A DNA stretch of 57,622 bases from Gemmatimonadales bacterium (GTDB lineage: Bacteria; Gemmatimonadota; Gemmatimonadetes; Gemmatimonadales; JACORV01). Below, piece after piece: positions 50,451 to 57,622 of the stretch. Position 1 is the stretch's first letter. Every line of letters begins with the position of its first letter. The notes beneath the pieces were generated by a model that was given only the letters and a program-made list of their open reading frames with translations, had not been told where the DNA came from and ran no database searches. The translations under genes and the position numbers were made by a program. The DNA is taken from NCBI GenBank assembly GCA_035559335.1, contig DATMBH010000075.1, positions 1 through 57,622 on the forward strand, written 5' to 3'.

Positions 50451-50490
50451 TTGAAGCCCCGTTCCGGATTGCTCCGGAACGGGGCTTCAA
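50451..50490 (-). terminator. perfect 18-bp stem hairpin downstream of the OmpA-family gene
   Basis: TTGAAGCCCCGTTCCGGA-ttgc-TCCGGAACGGGGCTTCAA. Starts 25 nt after the stop at 50516 and ends 25 nt upstream of the next ATG (50425). No U-tract on either strand. Confidence 0.55.
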
Positions 50491-50515
50491 AGTTCACCTG
50501 CTCAGCCGCCGTGCG

Positions 50516-52201
50516 CTACTGCAAGCGACGAATCTCGATGCGGCGGTTGCGGGCGCGGTTGGCTGCGGAGGTGTTTGGCACCTCGGGCCGATCCGGACCG
50601 TAACCCTGTGCGGTGAGTGCCGAGGCCGGCGCTCCAGCCGCCGTGAGAGCCCGCATCACGGCCACGGCGCGGTTGCGCGACAGCAGTCGGTTGCGGGCTG
50701 CGGTTCCGACGTTGTCGGTGTGACCGCCGATTTCGAACCGGGCGCTAGGTGTAGCGGCCACCTCGGCCTGGATGGCGCGAGCCAGTTCCTGGATCGTCGT
50801 GTTCGACGTCGGCAGGATAGTGGTGGTGGCGCCGCGGAACGAAATTCCGTCCAGACGCATCGTAGCGCCTACTGCCGGCAACTCAGCCATCGGGCAGCCG
50901 TTGGCGTCCACGCGGCGGCCGGCGGGGGTGTTGGCGCAGCGATCGCGCTCGTTGATGACTCCGTCGCGATCGTCGTCACGCTGGACCGGGCAGCCGTTGG
51001 CATCAACCTGAGTGCCAGCGGCGGTGTTCGGGCAGCGGTCATTGCCGTCGTGCACGCCATCACCGTCAGCGTCGCGCGGGCAGCCGTTGGCATCAACTGG
51101 CGTGCTGGCTGGGGTGTTCGGGCAGCGGTCGGCCGCGTCGTTCACGCCGTCGCCATCGGAGTCGCGCGGGCAGCCGTTGGCGTCCACCGGCGTGCCGGCG
51201 GGCGTATTGGCGCAGCGGTCGGCGCCGTCATGCACGCCGTCGCGGTCGGAGTCGCGCGGGCAGCCGCGATCGTCCACCGGCGTGTTGGCCGGCGTGTTGG
51301 CGCACTGGTCCTGATGATCGGCGATGCCGTCACGATCGGTGTCCAGCGGGCAGCCCTGGGCGTCAACCCGGGCGCCGCTGGGGGTATTAGCGCAGCGGTC
51401 AAGGCCGTCGTAGACGCCGTCGCGGTCCGCGTCGCTCGGGCAGCCCTGCGCGTTGACCGTGGCGCCGCGGGGGGTATTGGCGCAGCGGTCGCGACGATCC
51501 GGCACGCCGTCGGCGTCGGTGTCACGCGGCGGGCCGCCGCCCATGTAGTAGGAAACGCCACCGGCCAACGAGCCAACGATCGCCGTTATGCTCTCGTCGG
51601 AGTAGCTCTCCATGCCGGCGCGAGCCTCGAGCCGCACAGCGACGTTCTCATTCATGAAACGCCGGACGCCGGCACCGACCTGAACACCAAGGCCCGTGGC
51701 CTTCTCCGCCGGGCCGTCGCCCGAGAACATCGAGGCGCCGACCATGCCGGTAACGAACGGACTCATCTGATTGCCGGGCCGCAGCGTATAAGTGCCACCC
51801 AGGGACGGCTGGATCAGCGTCAGGCCGCTGGTCACGCCGAAACCGAGGTTCGCGCCGACCGCGAGCTTCTCGTTGATGTGATAGCCAAATCGAGCCGTCA
51901 CTCCGAACGGGAATCGCGCTGGTGCGTCTGCTGGCGTCGAAACTCGGTTGTACAAATAGCTGAACAGCGCCTCGTCGCGCTCGATGAATACGGTCGGCTG
52001 AATGGTCAGCTCGATTGCGCCGGCACGCTGGGCTGTTCCGCTCATCGACATTGCTGGCCGCTGCTGCGGCTGCTGGGCGGGACGCTGAGCCGGCTGCTGC
52101 GCCGGACGCGGTGGCTGCTGCGCCGGTCGCTGCTGCGCGAGCGCCAGCGTCGGCACGAGCGCCGCCAACGACGTAGCAGCCTTCAGTAGACGGTTTCGCA
52201 T
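50516..52201 (-). CDS. OmpA family outer-membrane protein with thrombospondin type 3 repeats
   Basis: Start at ATG 52201 after GGGGAGAA. Signal peptide, P/Q-rich linker, beta-barrel-like region, seven DxDxDG...C.NTP repeats, then a C-terminal OmpA domain (GHTDNVG...NRRIEI). Confidence 0.85.
   Translation of the reverse strand: MRNRLLKAATSLAALVPTLALAQQRPAQQPPRPAQQPAQRPAQQPQQRPAMSMSGTAQRAGAIELTIQPTVFIERDEALFSYLYNRVSTPADAPARFPFGVTARFGYHINEKLAVGANLGFGVTSGLTLIQPSLGGTYTLRPGNQMSPFVTGMVGASMFSGDGPAEKATGLGVQVGAGVRRFMNENVAVRLEARAGMESYSDESITAIVGSLAGGVSYYMGGGPPRDTDADGVPDRRDRCANTPRGATVNAQGCPSDADRDGVYDGLDRCANTPSGARVDAQGCPLDTDRDGIADHQDQCANTPANTPVDDRGCPRDSDRDGVHDGADRCANTPAGTPVDANGCPRDSDGDGVNDAADRCPNTPASTPVDANGCPRDADGDGVHDGNDRCPNTAAGTQVDANGCPVQRDDDRDGVINERDRCANTPAGRRVDANGCPMAELPAVGATMRLDGISFRGATTTILPTSNTTIQELARAIQAEVAATPSARFEIGGHTDNVGTAARNRLLSRNRAVAVMRALTAAGAPASALTAQGYGPDRPEVPNTSAANRARNRRIEIRRLQ
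50891..51523 (-). repeat. seven tandem ~90-nt coding repeats (TSP type 3 calcium-binding units)
   Basis: Units such as DSDRDGVHDGADRCANTPAGTPVDANGCPR (30 aa; the sixth is 33 aa). The repetition is visible at DNA level (gggcagccgttggc...). Confidence 0.85.
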
Positions 52202-52430
52202 GTGTTCTCCCCGGAGAGTTTTGGTTAGCCGCTTCTGCCTGCTTGCTGCTGCCATGATGCCGCCGGGCTCGATGAGCACGAGCCCGCCGATGCCAAAGAG
52301 CCGGCCCCCGACGGGAAACCGGATCATCGCGTCCACGCGCGATGGGGCTCGAAATCTTGCACCCGCCTTCGAGTAACCGCAACCCCTTGCCAGACCAGCC
52401 GATCAGGCATCCGGGACGTTCCCGGGGCCA

Positions 52431-54557
52431 TCAGGACCGGACCAGCCGGGCCGCGCGGGCCAGCTGCTCGGCATTGCCCGAGAGCTGGATGGCGCTGCGC
52501 GACAGGTTCTCGATCGCCTGGAGCTGCTCGGCTGCCGCGGCGGCCACCACCTGGGCCTCGGCGGCGGAGCCCTGCGCAGCTCGCCTGAGATCCTCAAGCA
52601 GACGCTGCATCTCGTTGACACGCTGCATGTTACGGCGCGGGAACTCCACCATCTTGGTGGACGTAGAGGAGGCGACCTCCGAGGCTCGGGTGATCTCCTC
52701 GAGCTCGGCGATCCAGGAGCGAGCTGCGTCCGCAACGCCAGTCAGTTCGCTCCGCATCCGCTCCAAAAGCTGGGCTGCGTGGTCCAGCACGCGCCTGGTC
52801 TCGGCCGTGGTGCGGGCCGCCTGTGCTGCCTCGCGACCGCTTTCCTCGGCAAGCCGCCTAACCTCATCGGCCACAACGGCGAAGCCTGCGCCCTGAGCGC
52901 CGGCTCGCGCTGCCTCGATCGTGGCGTTCAGGGCCAGCATGTTGGTCTGGTTCGCGATGGCGCCTATCGTTTCCGCGAAACGTCCGACCTTGTCAGCCGC
53001 CTCACGCAGCCGCGCGACCTCCGCGGCGCTTTCGTCCACGGTAGCTCCCACTGTTTCCAGTGCCGCAGCCGTGCGCTGAGTGCCTGAGCGGACAGCTTGC
53101 GCCGCGGCTTCCACAGCCTGTGCAGCCCGATGCGTCTCCTCCCCTGCGGCGGCCGCCTCCCCAGCCGCCTCGCGCAGATCCTGCATGGCTCGCTCCGCTT
53201 CGCCTACTAGGTCGGCGGCCCGAACCGCCCCGGCCTCGGCGCGCTGGGTCGCCGCTGTGACTTCCTGGCTCGAGGCGTGGATTTGCTGTGAAGTGGCGGT
53301 TAGGTGCTCGACGTACTGGGCCGTCTGTTCGCTCGAATCAAGCAACGGCGCTATCAGGGCGTGCAGCCGCAGCGCCAGTGCGAGCTGCGGCGCCAGCGAA
53401 CCCAGCAGCGCAGCATCGAGATCGCGATACATCCCGGGATCGGCGTGCCTGACGCTCCACACTCCGACCACGCGCTCGCCCTGGTGCAGCGGGATCAGAA
53501 TCTCGGAGCCGCGAACCTCGCCTCCCACAATCCCGGCCCGGCGCCCCGCCGCGGCCACGACCGGACCGCGCCGGCGCAGGGCCTCTCCGGTGAGGCCGAA
53601 GTCGGCGCTGTAGCGCGTCCCGATCTTCAGCGCAGGGTCAGTGTCGGCAACGAGTTCCATCTCGTGTCGCGACTCGTCGTATATCGCGAAACCCATCTGA
53701 TCCCAGGGCACCAGCTGACGGGTCAGCTGCTGAATCGTGGCGAAGTTCCTCTTGAGGTCTACGTCCGCGGCTATGGCGCGCGAGAGACGGTGCAGCAGCC
53801 TCAGTTCGTCCGCCTTCACGCCGGTTCGCGCCATCCAGTGCGCCCCCGCCGTGAGGGCAAAGAGCACTGCCAGCACCGCGACCCGATAGAGCGCTCCGCC
53901 AGATACCGCGGCGCCCCACAGCCAGCCTAGCGCCAGCAGCGCACTCATCACGTACACCACTGCTTCCCAGCGCATGGTAAGGCGCACGTCAACGAAGGCC
54001 ACCGCGTGGGCGGCCGCCAGCTCGAGGTAGAAGGTGGCGTTGATGAGGACGGCGAGGACAACCAGCAGCGCCGCCAGCGCAGGAGCGTTAGGTGCTGCGA
54101 CCACGGCGGCGGCCGAACCCACTGCGCCGCCGAGACGCTCGTAGAGCAGGCCCACCAGCGCCGTCCCGAACAGCACGTGCCCGGCGTTGGCGAGCGCCGC
54201 CCTCAGCTTTAGCCGCCGCAAGGCGATGTCGCCGATCGGCATTCCCACCAGGCCGGTCACGACGGCCCAGTGCCACCCGTGCCGAAGCACGGCGAACAGC
54301 ATCACGCCGAGCACAAAGGAGGCGAAGCCCTTGCCCGGCAACGGCAGGCCGAAGGATCGAGTGGCGGCGATCGCCCCTGTCGTCAGCAAGAACTCGAGCC
54401 AGGGGAAGGGATCCGGAAACTCGCCGACTAAGATAGCCATGGCGATCGCAGCCAGCGCTCCGATCTCGACACCCACCTGGATCAGAATATCCCGGCCCAG
54501 GCTCTGGGAGTTCGCGCCGTCGCTCAAGCCTCGATCTCCAATGAAGTTGGGTGACAC
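52431..54557 (-). CDS. methyl-accepting chemotaxis protein with polytopic membrane N-terminus and GAF-like domain
   Basis: C-terminal MCP signalling domain ([37 protein letters not shown]). About 230 N-terminal aa are hydrophobic, followed by a GAF-like region. GTG start is uncertain. Confidence 0.8.
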   Translation of the reverse strand: MSPNFIGDRGLSDGANSQSLGRDILIQVGVEIGALAAIAMAILVGEFPDPFPWLEFLLTTGAIAATRSFGLPLPGKGFASFVLGVMLFAVLRHGWHWAVVTGLVGMPIGDIALRRLKLRAALANAGHVLFGTALVGLLYERLGGAVGSAAAVVAAPNAPALAALLVVLAVLINATFYLELAAAHAVAFVDVRLTMRWEAVVYVMSALLALGWLWGAAVSGGALYRVAVLAVLFALTAGAHWMARTGVKADELRLLHRLSRAIAADVDLKRNFATIQQLTRQLVPWDQMGFAIYDESRHEMELVADTDPALKIGTRYSADFGLTGEALRRRGPVVAAAGRRAGIVGGEVRGSEILIPLHQGERVVGVWSVRHADPGMYRDLDAALLGSLAPQLALALRLHALIAPLLDSSEQTAQYVEHLTATSQQIHASSQEVTAATQRAEAGAVRAADLVGEAERAMQDLREAAGEAAAAGEETHRAAQAVEAAAQAVRSGTQRTAAALETVGATVDESAAEVARLREAADKVGRFAETIGAIANQTNMLALNATIEAARAGAQGAGFAVVADEVRRLAEESGREAAQAARTTAETRRVLDHAAQLLERMRSELTGVADAARSWIAELEEITRASEVASSTSTKMVEFPRRNMQRVNEMQRLLEDLRRAAQGSAAEAQVVAAAAAEQLQAIENLSRSAIQLSGNAEQLARAARLVRS

Positions 54558-54749
54558 TGACTAAAAAGTCAGTCAGGCTGCGCCGTTTCGGTTCGAGCAC
54601 ACGGGAGCTCATGTGGCGCCAGAAGCTCGCCGGGCCCGAGGTTAAGGGTGAATCCCGGGGCCGTCAAGGAAACACTGTACCACGGGCGTAGCGCGTGCTA
54701 GTCTTGCGCGGGTGTGGCCGTTTCAGGTTCTGCAAGGAGGAGGGTGAGC

Positions 54750-54971
54750 TTGAAGGTCTCGATCGAATACTGCGTGGTCTGAAACTACGAACCGCGCGCC
54801 GCCGGTCTGGCGGCGGAGATCAGGGCGAAGTACCCGGATGCCACGGTCGAGCTGATCGAGTCGAGTGGTGGCGTGTTTGAGGTCGTTGTGGACGGACGGC
54901 TGCTCTTTTCGAAGAAGAAGCTTGGCCGCCACGCGGATCCGGGAGAAGTGTTGAGGTTGATGAGCGCGTGA
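54750..54971 (+). CDS. Rdx/SelW-like redox protein with in-frame TGA (probable selenocysteine, CxxU)
   Basis: AGGAGG (54735-54740), then TTG 54750 (or GTG 54744). Translation: (M)KVSIEYCVV-TGA(54780-54782)-NYEPRAAGLAAEIRAKYPDATVELIESSGGVFEVVVDGRLLFSKKKLGRHADPGEVLRLMSA, stop at 54969-54971. Family-like sequence on both sides of the TGA. Not in the ORF track. Confidence 0.7.
54797..54815 (+). promoter_or_regulatory. SECIS-like hairpin downstream of the in-frame UGA
   Basis: 7-bp stem CGCCGCC / GGCGGCG with loop GGUCU. Stem starts 14 nt and the G-initiated loop 21 nt after the UGA. Confidence 0.5.
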
Positions 54972-56050
54972 GGCTGGCTCTTTCGACAGGTGGCGGGGAC
55001 GCTCCCGGACTCAACGCTGTCATTCGCGGTGCCGTTCTTGCGGCCGTGAACCGCGGCTGGTCGGTGTACGGGATCCAAAAGGGCTTCGGGGGCCTGCTGG
55101 GCAACGACAGGGTGATCGCACTGGGACCGGACGAAGTCCGCGGTATCACTCACCAGGGAGGCACGATCCTGGGAACGACCAACCGCGCCGATCCCTTCAG
55201 GTGGCCGGCTCCGCAGCCCGACGGATCGGTGGTGGAGGTGGATCGTTCCGACGAGTTGCTGGCGGCGTTCCAGGCGCACGGCTTTGACGCCCTCATCACC
55301 ATTGGCGGAGACGGGAGCCTCAGGATAGCGCGCAAGCTGTTCGAGAAGGGGCTGCCGGTGATCGGCGTACCGAAGACGATCGACAACGACGTTTCTGGAA
55401 CGGTCATGACTTTCGGCTTCGACACTGCGGTGTCCACCGCGACCGACGCGTTGGACAAGCTGCATTCGACCGCGGAAAGCCATGAGCGGGTGATGGTGGT
55501 CGAGGTGATGGGCCGTTATGCAGGATGGATCGCTCTGAACGCCGGTGTCTCAGGCGGCGCCGACGTGATCCTGATTCCGGAGATCCCGTACGATCTGGAT
55601 AAGGTGTGTGCCAAGATCATGGATCGTGATGCGAAGGGACGACGGTTCAGTATAGTAGTGGTCGCCGAGGGCGCGGTTGACAGCAGTGGCAGGCGGATCG
55701 TGCAGGCCGCTGCTGCCAAGGGTGGAGGCATGGAGAGGCTCGGCGGCATTGCGCAGGTGCTCGCGCAGCAGATCGCTGAGCGCACCGGTAAGGAGACGAG
55801 GTCGCTGTCGCTCGGACACCTGCTGCGGGGAGGTACTCCCACCACATTCGATCGTCTCCTGTCGCTGCGGTTCGGCGCGGCCGCCGTCAGGCTGGCGGGT
55901 GAGAAGCGGTTTGGCGTGATGGTCGCGCTTACGCCTCCGACGGTGAGCGCCGTGTCGCTGAGCGAAGCGCTTGCGAAGCCGAAGCAGGTGCCGCTCGACT
56001 CCGACACGATACTGACCGCGCGGGAAATCGGCATCTGCCTGGGCGACTAG
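54968..56050 (+). CDS. pfkA: 6-phosphofructokinase (PfkA family)
   Basis: GGGDAPGLNAVIRG, ITIGGDGSL, PKTIDND, MGRYAGW, GHLLRGG. The GGDGS glycine suggests an ATP donor; the Lys in PKTIDND also occurs in PPi-type enzymes, so the donor is not resolved. GTG start overlaps the SelW-like stop (GTGA). Confidence 0.9.
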   Translation: MRLALSTGGGDAPGLNAVIRGAVLAAVNRGWSVYGIQKGFGGLLGNDRVIALGPDEVRGITHQGGTILGTTNRADPFRWPAPQPDGSVVEVDRSDELLAAFQAHGFDALITIGGDGSLRIARKLFEKGLPVIGVPKTIDNDVSGTVMTFGFDTAVSTATDALDKLHSTAESHERVMVVEVMGRYAGWIALNAGVSGGADVILIPEIPYDLDKVCAKIMDRDAKGRRFSIVVVAEGAVDSSGRRIVQAAAAKGGGMERLGGIAQVLAQQIAERTGKETRSLSLGHLLRGGTPTTFDRLLSLRFGAAAVRLAGEKRFGVMVALTPPTVSAVSLSEALAKPKQVPLDSDTILTAREIGICLGD

Positions 56051-56054
56051 CCCG

Positions 56055-57622
56055 GTGCACCCGCTTCGCGACCACTACCTTCCTCCCGACCGTGAGGCAT
56101 TCCTCGCCTCACGCGCCGATCGCGGCCGGCTGATCGTCATCGCTCCCACAAGAGCGGCCTGCGAGACGATTGAGCTGGCGCTTGGCCTGAGGCTCGACAC
56201 AGTGCTCGAGCGCGAACACGGCGCTGAGATCCGCGAGCTGGCTGCGGGACCGACCGGCTTTGGGATCGTGGCCGGAACCGGAACCGGGAAGACGCTGGGG
56301 ATCCGACCGATAGCGGAAACGATCCTGGGCGAGCCACTGCGTGTCGGGGTTGTCAACCGGGAGCGCGAAGCCACTCCGGAAACGCCGACCTGGAACGTGG
56401 TAGTCGTGACCACGGGAATAGCGCGACGGTGGTTTCAGGCCGGACTGATCCGCGGCCGCGACACCGTGGTCGTGGACGAAATCCACCAGACGTCGGCCGA
56501 GCTGGAGCTATGCCTGGCGCTCGCCAAGCGTGCTGGCTGCAGGATCATATGGCTCTCGGCCACGGTTGATCCGTCGTTCTATGCCCGCTACCTCGAGTCG
56601 AGCGCCGTGATCGCTTCGACGGCCTTCGATCCAGGAAAGGCCGCCAAGGTCAGAGTGCTGGGACTCGGCGTACGGGAATTTCTGGATGCCAGGTTCCTGA
56701 GGCGAGTGATCCGGGAGCGGCGCGGAGTGGCGGTGTTCGTGCCGACTCGCTCGGAAGTCGAACAACTGGCGTCAGAGCTGGGAGAACGCTGGACTGCGCT
56801 TGTAACCGCGTTCTATCACGGCGGAGAGCCCATCCGGGTAATCCGGCCGTTCCTCGATGGGACCGCCCCGAAACCGTTCCTGCTTGCAATGACCGCCGCT
56901 GGCCAGTCGGCGCTCAACATTCGTGGCCTCGACACGGTCGTGATTCTGGACGCGCGCTACCAGAATGTGATCGAGCGGGGACGAAACGTGCTGACGCGGA
57001 TGCCGCTGGGTGCGAACGAGATACTCCAGATGGCCGGACGGGTGCACGGAAGGGTGGCCGGAGGCGAGGTGATACTGCTCAGCGACCGTGACATCGCCTT
57101 CGAGCGGCTGCAGCCCACTCCACCGGAGTTCCAGCTGGCCGGCGATGCCGAGAGGGTGGCGCTCACCTGTGCGGCCCTTGGCGTCGATGCCCGGGGTCTG
57201 GACCTGCCGGTTCCGCTGGACCGGCAGGCCTACGCCGCGGCACTCGCCCGCCTCGAGGCGCGCGGGCTGGTGCATGACAGCCGCCTGACGAGTTACGGGG
57301 AGGAAGTCGAACGGCTCCCGGTCGAGCGGCCGTGGGCGGAACTGCTGCTGGAGGCCGATATCGAGCTGGTGCCTCCCATCGCAGTTGCAGCCGCGATCGA
57401 ATCGCTGCATCGGATGACGCGCGACGAACGGAACCTGAGAGGCCTCGTGGTGAGCGGGAGCGATCACCTCACCGCCTACAACCTCTACGCCGAGGCGGTC
57501 AACCGGCACGGCCACGTCGGCGAAGTCTACGGACTGGCTCGGCACGTGTTCGACCGCGGCGTGGAGGAGTGGGCCGAGCGACGTGGGGTTCTGATCAAGG
57601 CCGTTGAAGACGCGGCGCTCGG
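56055..57622 (+). CDS. DEAH/RHA-box ATP-dependent helicase (HrpA/HrpB-like), 3' end cut by window edge
   Basis: Open frame from GTG 56055 to the window end; absent from the track because it has no stop. Motifs GFGIVAGTGTGKT (I), VVVDEIHQTS (II), LSATVD (III), TAAGQSALNI (V), QMAGRVHGR (VI), HA2-like GSDHLTAYNLY. Confidence 0.8.
   Translation, partial: MHPLRDHYLPPDREAFLASRADRGRLIVIAPTRAACETIELALGLRLDTVLEREHGAEIRELAAGPTGFGIVAGTGTGKTLGIRPIAETILGEPLRVGVVNREREATPETPTWNVVVVTTGIARRWFQAGLIRGRDTVVVDEIHQTSAELELCLALAKRAGCRIIWLSATVDPSFYARYLESSAVIASTAFDPGKAAKVRVLGLGVREFLDARFLRRVIRERRGVAVFVPTRSEVEQLASELGERWTALVTAFYHGGEPIRVIRPFLDGTAPKPFLLAMTAAGQSALNIRGLDTVVILDARYQNVIERGRNVLTRMPLGANEILQMAGRVHGRVAGGEVILLSDRDIAFERLQPTPPEFQLAGDAERVALTCAALGVDARGLDLPVPLDRQAYAAALARLEARGLVHDSRLTSYGEEVERLPVERPWAELLLEADIELVPPIAVAAAIESLHRMTRDERNLRGLVVSGSDHLTAYNLYAEAVNRHGHVGEVYGLARHVFDRGVEEWAERRGVLIKAVEDAAL

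Noticed and set aside
54695-54880. 61-aa ORF listed in the track in the MCP/pfk intergenic region.
   Set aside because: Different frame from the Rdx/SelW-like reading, with no SD and no recognisable sequence. The SelW-like frame explains the region better once TGA is read through.

Overview
Clearly high-GC (not computed), densely coding bacterial chromosomal segment. I recognise about 47 CDS and no rRNA, tRNA, CRISPR array or IS/transposase. All calls come from reading the six-frame translations and DNA by eye; no homology search was run. The protein repertoire resembles Gemmatimonadota-like genomes, but that is a guess. Left to right: tail of a suf Fe-S operon (sufD-sufS-sufU); DJ-1/PfpI plus an ABC-2 exporter; a parS site followed by a tightly coupled parA-parB-M23 peptidase-bactofilin operon; Nif3; queG; LOG; MFS; glpD; a fadI-fadJ-proline dehydrogenase-small ORF-DUF1015 operon; TetR/hydrolase; PfpI/HExxH peptidase; amidohydrolase; fused 2-oxoacid dehydrogenase E1 alpha/beta; a 1056-aa membrane spermidine-synthase-like/TPR protein; Ser/Thr kinase; lon; PBP1A; TetR; two paralogous large M14 peptidases; an orphan Hpt with a TrmB-like regulator; a domain-permuted aconitase-family protein; ArsR; an OmpA protein with thrombospondin-type-3 repeats; a GAF-containing MCP; pfk; and a DEAH/RHA helicase that runs off the 3' edge. 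The best hidden signal is an Rdx/SelW-like gene (54750..54971) with an in-frame TGA exactly at the CxxU redox position and a SECIS-like hairpin just downstream. The ORF track misses it, and it is translationally coupled to pfk. Other sequence-level signals: TANNNT -10-like hexamers 5-9 nt upstream of several start codons (suggesting leaderless mRNAs, including two back-to-back genes only 16 bp apart), candidate operator palindromes, and a near-consensus parS. I found no convincing novel multi-gene system such as a defence island. The hypothetical-TrmB-Hpt-M14 string and the fadIJ-PRODH-DUF1015 operon are the most suggestive uncharacterised gene associations.
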